Source: Peptococcaceae bacterium (GTDB lineage Bacteria; Bacillota; Peptococcia; Peptococcales; Peptococcaceae). From it: a DNA stretch of 32,735 nucleotides. The stretch's first letter is position 1. Every line of letters starts with the position of its first letter. Under the pieces are notes generated by a model. The model did no database searches, was not told the DNA's origin, and was given only the letters and a program-made list of their open reading frames with translations. Shown one piece after another: positions 6,382 to 15,061 of this stretch. Position numbers and translations under genes: made by a program. The stretch is from positions 1 to 32,735 of the forward strand of contig JAFQEO010000028.1 of NCBI GenBank assembly GCA_017399005.1, read 5' to 3'.

Positions 6382-9300
6382 ATGAAGAAGAAAGTTATAA
6401 GCATACTGATTATGATTTGTATGTTATTTACACTGGTTCCGGCACCGGCAATGGCTGCAACCACTGTTAAACTGGGAAATATTTCGTTACCTAATGGTTA
6501 TTGCCTGGTGACGAATGAGGATACAACAACAAAATCCGGCGACAACGGTGGAAACTATGTGGCATATTACAATAATAATGTGCTGACACTGAATGGTTTG
6601 AATATTAATAACGGCAAATTGAATATAACTCAGAGTTTAGGTGCAACTTTCACAATAAAACTGGCTGATGGCAGTCAGAATACTGTTATAACAGCGGGTG
6701 AAGGTGCTGTAAGTGCTATTGGTACTAACTATGGCACTATTGATATTATTGGCAATGGTACGCTGTACGCAATTGGTCAGCATAACGGTATCTGGACATA
6801 TAATGGCCTTAATATTGGAAGTTCAAGCGATAACCCTACTGTTGTTGCACAGGGCGGTGAATATAACGGTATCGCTACTTACAGAAACGGCGATGTTGTT
6901 TTAAAAAACGGCAATGTTACTGCCATTGGTATCAACAAGTTCGGTATCGCCGGTGACAAAAAAAATAATCATAAAATTGGCGATATTACGGTTAAAGACA
7001 GCAGCAAAATGATGGCAAGAAGTATCAGCAAAGCGCTGGAGAAACCTGCTGAAGATGCTAGCGGTAATGAGGTTGGGACTACAACAGAAAGTGGCAAATA
7101 CTTCTGGTATAACAATACACCTGCTGCTATTGAAGATATGCCTAGAGCAAAAGTTATTCTTGATGGTACAACCTATGAGCTGACAAATGTTACAAGTGGT
7201 ATGAAATACATCACAAAAGGAATGACTGCATGGGAAACTATTACCGGTGATTCTGTAAGTCTTGCTGGCATTTCTTTAGAGCCAGGTGATACAGTTGCCG
7301 TTCAAAAAATGGGTGCAAATGGAAGCTATGATTCCAATGTGCAGGTGTTACTGATAGGTGAAGAAAACAGTAACAACAGCAGCACTATTTCATTTGAAGC
7401 CAGCGGCGGTACAGGAAATATGAACACTGAAGATGTGGAAAACCACTCTTTATACACATTACCTGAATGTGCGTTTAATCCTCCTGCAAACCAGCAGTTC
7501 AAAGCATGGATGATTGGAAATACAGAATATGCTCCTGGTGCTGTATTCACGGTTACCGGTGATACAACAGTAAAAGCAGTATGGGAAGACAAAGCTGTAA
7601 CACCTGCACCTGTATACTGGGTAACATTCCAGCCAGATGCAGATACCGATCAGGAACAGACAGTGGATGGTATTTCTGGTGAATATATTTTACCTGATTT
7701 TAGCGAACTGACTGATTTGGAAGCGACTCCAGGGAAAGTGTTTAAAGGCTGGAAGATTTATGGCGGGGACGGTACATTACTGAAAGCCGGGGATAAAATT
7801 ACAGTTGCAGAACCTCTGACCTTATATGCAGTCTGGGAAGATGCAGCACCTGCACCTGTATATGAGATTTCCTGTTCTGCAAGTCCTGAAACCAAGGAAG
7901 TAGAAGAAGGTTATAAAACAGCGAATACCGGTTTTGTTGTTGACGTAACAAATGAAGGAAACACAGAAACCGGCGATTTAACAATCACCAAAACAGGTGA
8001 TGTTGATGCGTTTGTTAACAGTGTTACAACAATTCCAAGTCTTGACACAGCAAACAATAAAACTGATGGTATTTTTGTAGGTGTGAAGGAAGGTCTTGCG
8101 CCTGGCACCTATTCTATGACAATTACATTTGATAATGACAAGGTTGATGCGAAAAGTGTAACAATCCGTGTTATCGTGAAAGAAACACCTGCACCTGTAT
8201 ACTGGGTAACATTCCAGCCGGATGCAGATACCGATAAAGAACAGACAGTAGATGGTATTTCCGGTGAATATACGTTACCTGATTTTAGTGAACTGACTAA
8301 ATTAGAAGCGACTCCAGGGAAAGTGTTTAAAGGCTGGAAGATTTATGGCGGGGACGGTACATTACTGGAAGCCGGAGATAAAATTACAGTTACAGAATCT
8401 CTGACCTTATATGCAGTCTGGGAAGATGCAGCACCTGCACCAACAATCAATTTAGAATTCAACAAAGAGGTTATCACATTCTGGGCAACAGAAGGATATA
8501 CAGTAAGTGAAGTTTCCAGCGGTGTTAAAGTAACCAATATGAGCAGCGCTCCTGTAATTGTTGATGTTTCTTTTGATAATGGCAGCATGTTACGTGCTAA
8601 ACAAGACGCATATACAATTTCTAGCAATAGCTACGAAACAATTACTATTGCGCCTAAAGAGCAGTATACGGAAGGTATCTACTCGGATGTACTTACTCTT
8701 AAAGTAAATGGGGAAATCGTAAAAGAAATTCCTGTAACATTTACAGTTAGAGCAGCAGTGTTACCACCGGCTCCTGCAACTATCACTTTAACATTCGATG
8801 CTAATGGCGGTAGTGGTTCTATGGTTCCTGTTACTACAACAGAATCCAGCTATACATTTGCTCTGCCAGCAAACACCTTTACTAAATCCGGTTATACATT
8901 TACCGGCTGGGATACAAAAGCGGACGGCACTGGTACAAACTATGCCGACAAAGCGGAAGTTACATTAACAGAGGATACAACTCTGTATGCACAGTGGAAA
9001 AAAGTAAGCTCCGGTTCTTCGTCTGGCGGCAGCTATAATCCTACTTATAAAGTGGATACCGCTGATGTGGTAACAAACGGTGCAGTCAGCAGCGACAAAA
9101 CATGGTCTGCAGCTGATCAGAAGGTTACAATCACAGTTACCCCGGATAAAGGTTACAGACTGGATGATTTAATCATCACGGACAGAAACGGTAAAGCAAT
9201 CGAATACACCGACAATGGTGATGGCACCTACACCTTTAAAATGCCTGCATCGAAAGTAGATGTTCGTGCGACATTTGAAAAAGTTCCAGCCATTATCCTG

Positions 9301-9657
9301 ACAGTGAACAGTGTTGTAGCAGAAGTATTTGGTGAAACCGTTATCAATGATGTGGCTCCTGAAATTAAAAACAGCAGAACCATGCTGCCAATCCGTTTTG
9401 TTGCGGAAGCACTGGGTGCTGATGTTGAATGGGATGCAAAAACACGTGTTGTAACAATTACAAAAGACGGCGACACCATTAAAATTATTATTGGTGCTTC
9501 CACTGCATACCTGAACGGCAAAGCTGTGAAACTGGATTCTGCAGCATATATCAAAGACAGCAGAACCTATCTGCCGGTTCGTTTTGTAGCGGAAAATCTG
9601 GATGCAAGTGTAGACTGGGATAAAGACACTTATAAAGTAACTATTATCCCTAACTAA
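6382..9657 (+). CDS. Large secreted cell-surface protein (1091 aa) with a signal peptide, several Listeria-Bacteroides (Flg_new-type) repeat domains, and C-terminal tandem copper-amine-oxidase-N-terminal-like domains that probably act as a cell-wall anchor.
   Basis: Signal peptide MKKKVISILIMICMLFTLVPAPAMA. Repeats of the form F.GW......G.......TLYA.W (FKAWMIGNTEYAPGAVFTVTGDTTVKAVWE; KVFKGWKIYGGDGTLL...TLYAVWE twice; YTFTGWDTKADGTGTNYADKAEVTLTEDTTLYAQWK). C-terminal motifs R(T)xLP(I/V)RFVAEALGA...W(D)...VxI, twice. Strong aaggagg RBS. Confidence 0.8.
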   Translation: MKKKVISILIMICMLFTLVPAPAMAATTVKLGNISLPNGYCLVTNEDTTTKSGDNGGNYVAYYNNNVLTLNGLNINNGKLNITQSLGATFTIKLADGSQNTVITAGEGAVSAIGTNYGTIDIIGNGTLYAIGQHNGIWTYNGLNIGSSSDNPTVVAQGGEYNGIATYRNGDVVLKNGNVTAIGINKFGIAGDKKNNHKIGDITVKDSSKMMARSISKALEKPAEDASGNEVGTTTESGKYFWYNNTPAAIEDMPRAKVILDGTTYELTNVTSGMKYITKGMTAWETITGDSVSLAGISLEPGDTVAVQKMGANGSYDSNVQVLLIGEENSNNSSTISFEASGGTGNMNTEDVENHSLYTLPECAFNPPANQQFKAWMIGNTEYAPGAVFTVTGDTTVKAVWEDKAVTPAPVYWVTFQPDADTDQEQTVDGISGEYILPDFSELTDLEATPGKVFKGWKIYGGDGTLLKAGDKITVAEPLTLYAVWEDAAPAPVYEISCSASPETKEVEEGYKTANTGFVVDVTNEGNTETGDLTITKTGDVDAFVNSVTTIPSLDTANNKTDGIFVGVKEGLAPGTYSMTITFDNDKVDAKSVTIRVIVKETPAPVYWVTFQPDADTDKEQTVDGISGEYTLPDFSELTKLEATPGKVFKGWKIYGGDGTLLEAGDKITVTESLTLYAVWEDAAPAPTINLEFNKEVITFWATEGYTVSEVSSGVKVTNMSSAPVIVDVSFDNGSMLRAKQDAYTISSNSYETITIAPKEQYTEGIYSDVLTLKVNGEIVKEIPVTFTVRAAVLPPAPATITLTFDANGGSGSMVPVTTTESSYTFALPANTFTKSGYTFTGWDTKADGTGTNYADKAEVTLTEDTTLYAQWKKVSSGSSSGGSYNPTYKVDTADVVTNGAVSSDKTWSAADQKVTITVTPDKGYRLDDLIITDRNGKAIEYTDNGDGTYTFKMPASKVDVRATFEKVPAIILTVNSVVAEVFGETVINDVAPEIKNSRTMLPIRFVAEALGADVEWDAKTRVVTITKDGDTIKIIIGASTAYLNGKAVKLDSAAYIKDSRTYLPVRFVAENLDASVDWDKDTYKVTIIPN
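7600..7856 (+). repeat. Copy 1 of a 257-bp intragenic direct repeat (encoding TPAPVYWVTFQPDADTD..GWKIYGGDGTLL..LYAVWEDAAPAP).
   Basis: About 95% nucleotide identity to 8185-8441. Confidence 0.85.
8185..8441 (+). repeat. Copy 2 of the 257-bp intragenic direct repeat.
   Basis: Near-identical to 7600-7856, with about a dozen substitutions. Confidence 0.85.
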
Positions 9658-9700
9658 TTTTTTATAACCCTAAAGGACAACAGCGAAAGGGGAATGACAT

Positions 9701-10540
9701 ATGAAAAAACTGATTACAATTGTGCTTGCGGCAGCTCTGGCAATGGGTGTGAGTACTGCGGCATTTGCAGCAGATATTAACGTAACTGTGGAAAACAAAC
9801 CGGTGGTATGGACCGATGCAAAACCATTTATCAACAGCGATAACCGTACCCTGGTGCCTCTGCGTCCAATTGCAGAAGCTATGGGCCTGAAGGTTCAATG
9901 GTGGGATAATATGGCGACATTCTCAAGTACAGAAGGTTTTGCGGAGTTTAGAATCAATTCCAAAACCTATGAATGCGGCAATATGAGCGGCTCCAAAAAA
10001 GTTACTATGGATACCGCTGCTGTGATTTCCGGCGGCCGTACCTATGCGCCAGCAAGATATCTGGCGGAAGCATTTGGCTATAATGTTGGATGGAACGCGG
10101 TTACCAATACGGTTACCATTTCCAAAGGCGCAGTTGAAAATGTTGCACCAAAACCGGTACCAGGTGCAGCAGCTGATAATCAGAAACTGGATCCGCTGCC
10201 TCCACAGAACATTACAGCACAGCCTGACTGGTATATGACCCTGACAGCTCCTGACAAAATGACAAATGCCCGTCTTGTTGCCGAATATAAGAATATGGAC
10301 AATTATCTTCGTAATAATGAAAAGACAGACCCTACACAGGTTCGTTTCTTTGACCTGCAGGCAGAATTAAGCAAACGTGTTGGTGCATTAGACCGATATG
10401 CAGAATATGCCAGCGCTTTTGGTGAAGCGGATGCTGCAGATATGAAAGAAAACGCAGACTATAAACGTGCAGTAGCGTCTGATATGGCTCCGCTTGCAGA
10501 AAGCCTTCAGCCGAAAACCGTAAAATATTTCGGGTTATAA
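9701..10540 (+). CDS. Secreted protein with an N-terminal copper-amine-oxidase-N-like domain and a C-terminal domain of unknown function (KLDPLPP...PDWYM...RLVAEY); paralog A.
   Basis: Signal peptide MKKLITIVLAAALAMGVSTAAFA. VVWTDAKPFINSDNRTLVPLRPIAEAMG ... GRTYAPARYLAEAFGYNVGWN ... TVTI. RBS gaaagggga. Confidence 0.75.
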   Translation: MKKLITIVLAAALAMGVSTAAFAADINVTVENKPVVWTDAKPFINSDNRTLVPLRPIAEAMGLKVQWWDNMATFSSTEGFAEFRINSKTYECGNMSGSKKVTMDTAAVISGGRTYAPARYLAEAFGYNVGWNAVTNTVTISKGAVENVAPKPVPGAAADNQKLDPLPPQNITAQPDWYMTLTAPDKMTNARLVAEYKNMDNYLRNNEKTDPTQVRFFDLQAELSKRVGALDRYAEYASAFGEADAADMKENADYKRAVASDMAPLAESLQPKTVKYFGL

Positions 10541-10595
10541 TCATAACAATCTGCTTTGCAGCAGAAAAGCTGGAGATCTGAAAGGGGAATGACTT

Positions 10596-11426
10596 ATGAA
10601 GAAACTGATTACGATTATGCTTGTTGTTTTTCTGACACTGGGCGTAAGTACTGCAGCATTTGCAGCAGAAATCAACGTAACTGTGGAAAACGAACCAGTC
10701 GTATGGACAGACGCAAAACCGTTTATCAACAGCGATAACCGTACCCTGGTGCCTCTCCGTCCAATTGCGGAAGCTATGGGCCTGGAAGTAAACTATTATG
10801 AAAGCTTGAGAGAAGCTATTTTCTCCAGCGGTTACAGAATCGTAAATTTCTATCTGGATTCTGACGTATGCAAAACTGGTAATATGGATGGCGAAGAAAA
10901 AATGATTCAAATGGATACTGCAGCGGTATCTATAAACGGCCGTACCTATGCACCGGCAAGATATCTGGCGGAGGCATTCGGTTATAATGTTGGGTGGAAT
11001 GCGGTTACTAACACGGTTACCATTTCAAAAGGTGCGGTTGAAAATGTAATGCCGGAAGTGAAACCAGCGGAAAAACCGGCGGAAACCTTAAAACTGGACC
11101 CGCTGCCTCCTGATAACTATCTGAAACATCCGGACTGGTACATGTCTCTGACACCAGCTCACACTATGAGCAACGAACGTCTGGTAGCGGAATACGAACA
11201 GATCTGCAAAGTAACCGAAATCGATGATCTGCGTACAGAAGCTACACTGACTCGCGAACTGGACCTCTGGGCAACACTGAAACGCAGAGTCGAAATCGTT
11301 GAGCGGTATCAGCGTGCAGTAAAGAATTATGGCAGTGATATTTCGGAAAGTACAAAACGAGACTATAATGAACTTTTGCAGTTTGGCAGCATTGAACCGC
11401 TGGAAAGAGCAATTAATCTCGTATAA
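10596..11426 (+). CDS. Secreted CuAO-N-like domain protein, paralog B, a tandem duplicate of the 9701-10540 gene with a diverged C-terminal domain.
   Basis: The N-terminal 70 codons and the middle segment are nearly identical to the upstream gene at nucleotide level, including the RBS gaaaggggaatgac(a/t)tatgaa. The C-terminal half has diverged. Confidence 0.75.
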   Translation: MKKLITIMLVVFLTLGVSTAAFAAEINVTVENEPVVWTDAKPFINSDNRTLVPLRPIAEAMGLEVNYYESLREAIFSSGYRIVNFYLDSDVCKTGNMDGEEKMIQMDTAAVSINGRTYAPARYLAEAFGYNVGWNAVTNTVTISKGAVENVMPEVKPAEKPAETLKLDPLPPDNYLKHPDWYMSLTPAHTMSNERLVAEYEQICKVTEIDDLRTEATLTRELDLWATLKRRVEIVERYQRAVKNYGSDISESTKRDYNELLQFGSIEPLERAINLV

Positions 11427-11435
11427 TCATTAAAA

Positions 11436-11473
11436 CAAGGCTGGGACATACTTTTGTTCCAGCTTCGTTTTTA
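11436..11473 (+). terminator. Intrinsic terminator after the paralog pair.
   Basis: Imperfect GC-containing hairpin (ggctgggac...gttccagc) followed by gttttt. Confidence 0.5.
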
Positions 11474-11530
11474 TCAGCAGAATGAAAAAAGTTTTTCTTT
11501 AGTTTTCTTTCATTGAAAGAGGTGTTTATT

Positions 11531-12868
11531 ATGGGCTTAATAAAAGCAGGGCTTGGTGCAGTCGGCGGAACGCTGGCCGACCAGTGGAAAGAATTTTTCT
11601 ACTGTGATGCACTGGATAAAGATGTGCTTATGGTGAAAGGCCAGAAAAAAGTGGGAGGCCGTTCTTCCAACACAAAAGGAAACGACAATATTATTTCCAA
11701 TGGCTCGGTAATTGCTGTAGCAGACGGGCAGTGCATGATTATTGTGGAGCAGGGAAAAATTGTTGAGGTGTGTGCCGAACCTGGGGAATTTGTTTACGAC
11801 AATTCTACAGAGCCTACTATTTTTGCCGGTTCTCTTGATGACGGCACTATAGAGCAGACTTTTGAAACCGTTAAAAAACGCTTTACCTTTGGCGGCGATA
11901 CCGGCAAAGACCAGCGCGTGTATTATTTCAACACAAAAGAAATTATTGATAATAAATTCGGCACAAAAAATCCGGTTCCGTTCCGTGTGGTGGATTCCAG
12001 AATTAACTTTGACATGGATGTATCGGTGCGTTGTGCGGGGGTATATTCTTATAAAATTGCAGACCCGTTACTGTTTTACACCAATGTATGCGGCAATGTG
12101 GAAGATGCATATTTAAAAGAAGAACTGGACAGTACTTTAAAAACCGAATTTGTCAGTGCTCTTCAGCCTGCGTTTGCAAAACTGTCTGCGCTTGAACTTC
12201 GCCCGAGCCAGATTATTGCCCACAATGCAGAGCTGGAACAGGCAATGAATGATGCGTTAACTGCCAAATGGGGCGAACTGAGAGGCATTAAAGTTGTAAG
12301 CGTTGCGCTTGCTTCTGTGACTCTGCCGGAGGAAGATTCCGAACTGTTGAAAAATGCCCAGAAGATGGCACAGCAGGCACAGTTCCTCAGCAATCCAAAT
12401 ATGGCTGCCGGTACCATGGTTGGTGCACAGGCAGATGCAATGAAAGCGGCAGCAGGCAACAGTGCAGGTGCTATGGCCGGTTTTATGGGGCTGGGGATGG
12501 CGCAGCAGGCAGGCGGCATCAATGCGGAAAATCTTTTTGCTATGGCTCGGCAGCAACAGCAGGCGGCTCCGGTTCAGCAAACAGCTTCACAGGTTCCGCA
12601 GGATGGCTGGAAATGTTCCTGCGGTGCAGTTTCAACGGGTAAATTCTGTCCGGAATGCGGTGCTTCAAAACCTGCAGATGAAGGATGGGTTTGTTCCTGC
12701 GGTGCTGTAAACAAGGGCAAATTCTGCCAGGAATGCGGCAGTAAAAAACCGGAAGGTGTTCCGCAGTATGCGTGTGACAAGTGCGGATGGCAGCCGGAAG
12801 ACCCGGCAAATCCACCGAAATTCTGTCCGGAATGCGGAGACCCGTTTGATGATGGCGATAAAAAGTAA
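11531..12868 (+). CDS. SPFH/Band-7 (stomatin-prohibitin-like) domain protein with a Gly/Ala/Gln-rich linker and three C-terminal zinc-ribbon repeats; YdjI-like.
   Basis: N-terminal MGLIKAGLGAVGGTLADQWKEFFYCD, typical of the COG4260-type SPFH family. C-terminal WKCSCGAVSTGKFCPECG, WVCSCGAVNKGKFCQECG and YACDKCGW...KFCPECG. RBS gaaagaggtg sits 7 nt before ATG 11531; the listed 11513 start would overlap the RBS. Confidence 0.7.
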   Translation: MGLIKAGLGAVGGTLADQWKEFFYCDALDKDVLMVKGQKKVGGRSSNTKGNDNIISNGSVIAVADGQCMIIVEQGKIVEVCAEPGEFVYDNSTEPTIFAGSLDDGTIEQTFETVKKRFTFGGDTGKDQRVYYFNTKEIIDNKFGTKNPVPFRVVDSRINFDMDVSVRCAGVYSYKIADPLLFYTNVCGNVEDAYLKEELDSTLKTEFVSALQPAFAKLSALELRPSQIIAHNAELEQAMNDALTAKWGELRGIKVVSVALASVTLPEEDSELLKNAQKMAQQAQFLSNPNMAAGTMVGAQADAMKAAAGNSAGAMAGFMGLGMAQQAGGINAENLFAMARQQQQAAPVQQTASQVPQDGWKCSCGAVSTGKFCPECGASKPADEGWVCSCGAVNKGKFCQECGSKKPEGVPQYACDKCGWQPEDPANPPKFCPECGDPFDDGDKK

Positions 12869-12903
12869 TCCTTTTTATTTTATAAAAAAAGGAGTTGAAT
12901 AAA

Positions 12904-13776
12904 TTGTCAGAATTACAAGAATATAAATGCCCCAATTGCGGCGGGGCAATCAACTTTGATTCTTCGATTCAAAAGATGAAATGTCCTTACTGTGACTCGG
13001 AATTTGAGATGGAGGGGCTAAAAAATTACGATGATGAACTGAAAAATGATACGGGAAGCAACATGACATGGGACGTAGAGCCTGGAGGAGAGTGGCAGTC
13101 CGGTGAAACCGAAGGGATGCGGATATATACCTGTAAATCCTGCGGTGGTGAAATTATCGGTGACGAAAATACAGGAGCTACCTCCTGTCCGTATTGTGAT
13201 AATCCGGTTGTTATGACCGGGCAGTTTTCCGGTAACCTTCGTCCTGATTATGTGATTCCGTTCAAACTGGATAAAAAAGCTGCAAAAGAAGCATTGAAAC
13301 GGCATGTGCAGGGCAAACGGCTTCTGCCAAAGGTATTTAAGGATGAAAACCGTATTGAGGAGATAAAAGGTGTATATGTGCCATTCTGGCTGTTTGATTC
13401 AGAGGCAGATGTTCATATCCGCTATAAAGCTGCAAAAACCCGTTTCTGGAGCGATGCAAAGTATGATTATACAGAAACCAGTTATTATTCGGTAATCCGT
13501 GATGGCAGTATTGCTTTTAACCACGTTCCGGTGGATGGTTCCAGTAAAATGGCTGATGATTTGATGCAGTCGATTGAGCCGTATGATTTCAGTGAAGCTG
13601 TAGATTTTCAGACTGCCTATTTAGCCGGCTATCTGGCCGATAAATATGACATCGATGCCCAGCAGAGTATCCATGCGGCAAACGAGCGTATCAGAAAGAG
13701 TACGGAAGAGCATTTTGCCGCTACGGTAACAGGTTATTCTTCTGTGGTTGCGGAAAGCAGCAATATCAATCTGTAG
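12904..13776 (+). CDS. Double zinc-ribbon protein (YdjG-like), N-terminal 290 codons, ending at an in-frame TAG.
   Basis: Two CPxCGG...CPYCD zinc ribbons, then a conserved domain (GVYVPFWLFD...). I take the start as TTG 12904, 9 nt after aaggag. The same frame continues after TAG 13774-13776. Confidence 0.6.
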   Translation: MSELQEYKCPNCGGAINFDSSIQKMKCPYCDSEFEMEGLKNYDDELKNDTGSNMTWDVEPGGEWQSGETEGMRIYTCKSCGGEIIGDENTGATSCPYCDNPVVMTGQFSGNLRPDYVIPFKLDKKAAKEALKRHVQGKRLLPKVFKDENRIEEIKGVYVPFWLFDSEADVHIRYKAAKTRFWSDAKYDYTETSYYSVIRDGSIAFNHVPVDGSSKMADDLMQSIEPYDFSEAVDFQTAYLAGYLADKYDIDAQQSIHAANERIRKSTEEHFAATVTGYSSVVAESSNINL

Positions 13777-13998
13777 AATGGAACCGCAAAATATGTGTTA
13801 TATCCGGTATGGATGCTGACGACCTCGTGGAACGGGAAAAATTACACCTTTGCAATGAACGGTCAGACTGGCAAATTTGTCGGCGATCTGCCGGTTGATA
13901 AAAAGGCGGCAAGAAAGTGGACAATCGGACTGACTGCGGTATGCAGTGCGGTTACTTATGTGGGAGCATGGTTGTTATGGCTCCTTGGTATCCTGTAG
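13777..13998 (+). CDS. C-terminal continuation of the YdjG-like zinc-ribbon protein after the in-frame amber codon (conserved YPVWMLTTSWNGKNYTFAMNGQTGKF segment plus a C-terminal TM helix).
   Basis: Same reading frame as 12904-13776 (both frame 1). The conserved-looking sequence runs straight on from the stop and ends in a hydrophobic helix WTIGLTAVCSAVTYVGAWLLWLLGIL. There is no RBS for an independent start at GTG 13795. Confidence 0.5.
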   Translation, partial: NGTAKYVLYPVWMLTTSWNGKNYTFAMNGQTGKFVGDLPVDKKAARKWTIGLTAVCSAVTYVGAWLLWLLGIL

Positions 13999-14015
13999 GA
14001 AAGGAGCAAAGGAAT

Positions 14016-14813
14016 ATGAAAAAACAGTTAACATGTATTTTCCTTGCGGTGCTTCTTTGTGTAATGGCAGTTTCTCCAGCCTTTGCCGGTGCCCCGAGAG
14101 TCGTAGATGATGCAGACCTTTTAACCGTTTCAGAAGAAGCAGAGTTAACGGCAAAACTGAATGAGATAAGCGAAAGACAGCAGATGGATGTGGTAGTTGT
14201 AACTGTGAACAGCCTTGAGGGAAAAACTCCACAGGCTTTTGCTGATGACTATTATGAATACCATGATTACGGCTTTGGTGCGGAGAAAGATGGTATTCTT
14301 CTGCTGATAAGTATGGAGGCAAATGACTGGTATATTACTACAGACGGTTCTGGTATTGCTGCGTTTACCGATGCAGGTATTGCATATATTTCTGAACAGT
14401 TTCTGTTCTGGCTCAGTGACGGTTTTTATGTAGAAGCTTTTCAGGAATATGCTGATCAGTGTGACGATTTTATTACACAGGCAAAAACAGGAGCACCTTA
14501 TGATGTAGACAATCTGCCTCATGAGCCATTATCGTTTTTCGCGGTAATCGTTTCTCTGGTTATTGGCTTGATTATTGCATTAATCAGCGTTGCTGTTATG
14601 AAAGGGCAGCTGAAAACTGTTTACAGTGAACCGGCTGCTGACAGCTATGTGGCAGAGGGCAGCATGAATGTGACAGGAAGTCGCGAATTCTTTCTGTATC
14701 GTAATGTTACCAGACGTGAAAAACCAAAAGATGAAAATAAAAAGGCCGGTGGAAGCACTACCCATAGAAGTTCTTCTGGAAGAACGCATGGTGGTGGCGG
14801 CGGAAAGTTCTAG
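14016..14813 (+). CDS. TPM-domain (TLP18.3/Psb32/MOLO-1 phosphatase-like, YgcG/YdjH-like) membrane protein with a signal peptide, one TM segment after the domain, and a Gly-rich tail.
   Basis: MKKQLTCIFLAVLLCVMAVSPAFA signal. VVDDADLLT..EEAELTAKL..ISE......VVVTVNSLEG ... GILLLIS..AND.YITT..G is the TPM-domain pattern. TM VIVSLVIGLIIALISVAV. Tail GGGGGKF. RBS aaggagcaaagg before ATG 14016; the listed 13917 start overlaps the previous gene. Confidence 0.75.
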   Translation: MKKQLTCIFLAVLLCVMAVSPAFAGAPRVVDDADLLTVSEEAELTAKLNEISERQQMDVVVVTVNSLEGKTPQAFADDYYEYHDYGFGAEKDGILLLISMEANDWYITTDGSGIAAFTDAGIAYISEQFLFWLSDGFYVEAFQEYADQCDDFITQAKTGAPYDVDNLPHEPLSFFAVIVSLVIGLIIALISVAVMKGQLKTVYSEPAADSYVAEGSMNVTGSREFFLYRNVTRREKPKDENKKAGGSTTHRSSSGRTHGGGGGKF

Positions 14814-14841
14814 CGTATCAATAATATCAGCGACAATATCA

Positions 14842-14876
14842 GCGACTCTGTAAATATGCAGAGTCGTTCTTTTATG
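14842..14876 (+). terminator. Intrinsic terminator after the TPM gene.
   Basis: Stem gcgactctg / cagagtcg(t) with loop taaatatg, followed by tcttttat. Confidence 0.6.
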
Positions 14877-15061
14877 CCGTGACAGCATATTGCTGTGCGT
14901 AGTACATAGCATTGCGGGCAATTACATAGACTGAGTAATACTATAAGTTTTTTACATCGATTATAAGCTGTATTTTTGAAAAAAGATGGTTTCTATATTC
15001 TTTTTATAGTATAATAAATAGATTAAAGATTGATTGCTCAAAATAAAAGGAGGCAGACATC

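Noticed and set aside
7600-8441. The periodic repeats with APAP spacers inside the surface-protein gene, considered as a CRISPR-like array
   Set aside because: The repeats are 257 bp and protein-coding, with a continuous ORF, and do not have short-repeat/spacer architecture. No cas genes are present.
10332-10910. 192-aa minus-strand ORF spanning the junction of the two CuAO-N paralogs
   Set aside because: It is antisense to two strongly supported secreted-protein genes and crosses their intergenic RBS, and its translation has no recognisable features.
12163-12953. Minus-strand ORFs overlapping the 3' part of the SPFH gene
   Set aside because: They are shadow frames of the Gly/Ala/Gln-rich linker and zinc-ribbon repeats, with Cys/Pro/His-rich nonsense translations and no RBS.
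13917-14015. Upstream extension of the TPM-domain ORF to 13917
   Set aside because: It would overlap the C-terminus of the preceding gene by about 80 nt. A good RBS and the signal peptide begin at ATG 14016.
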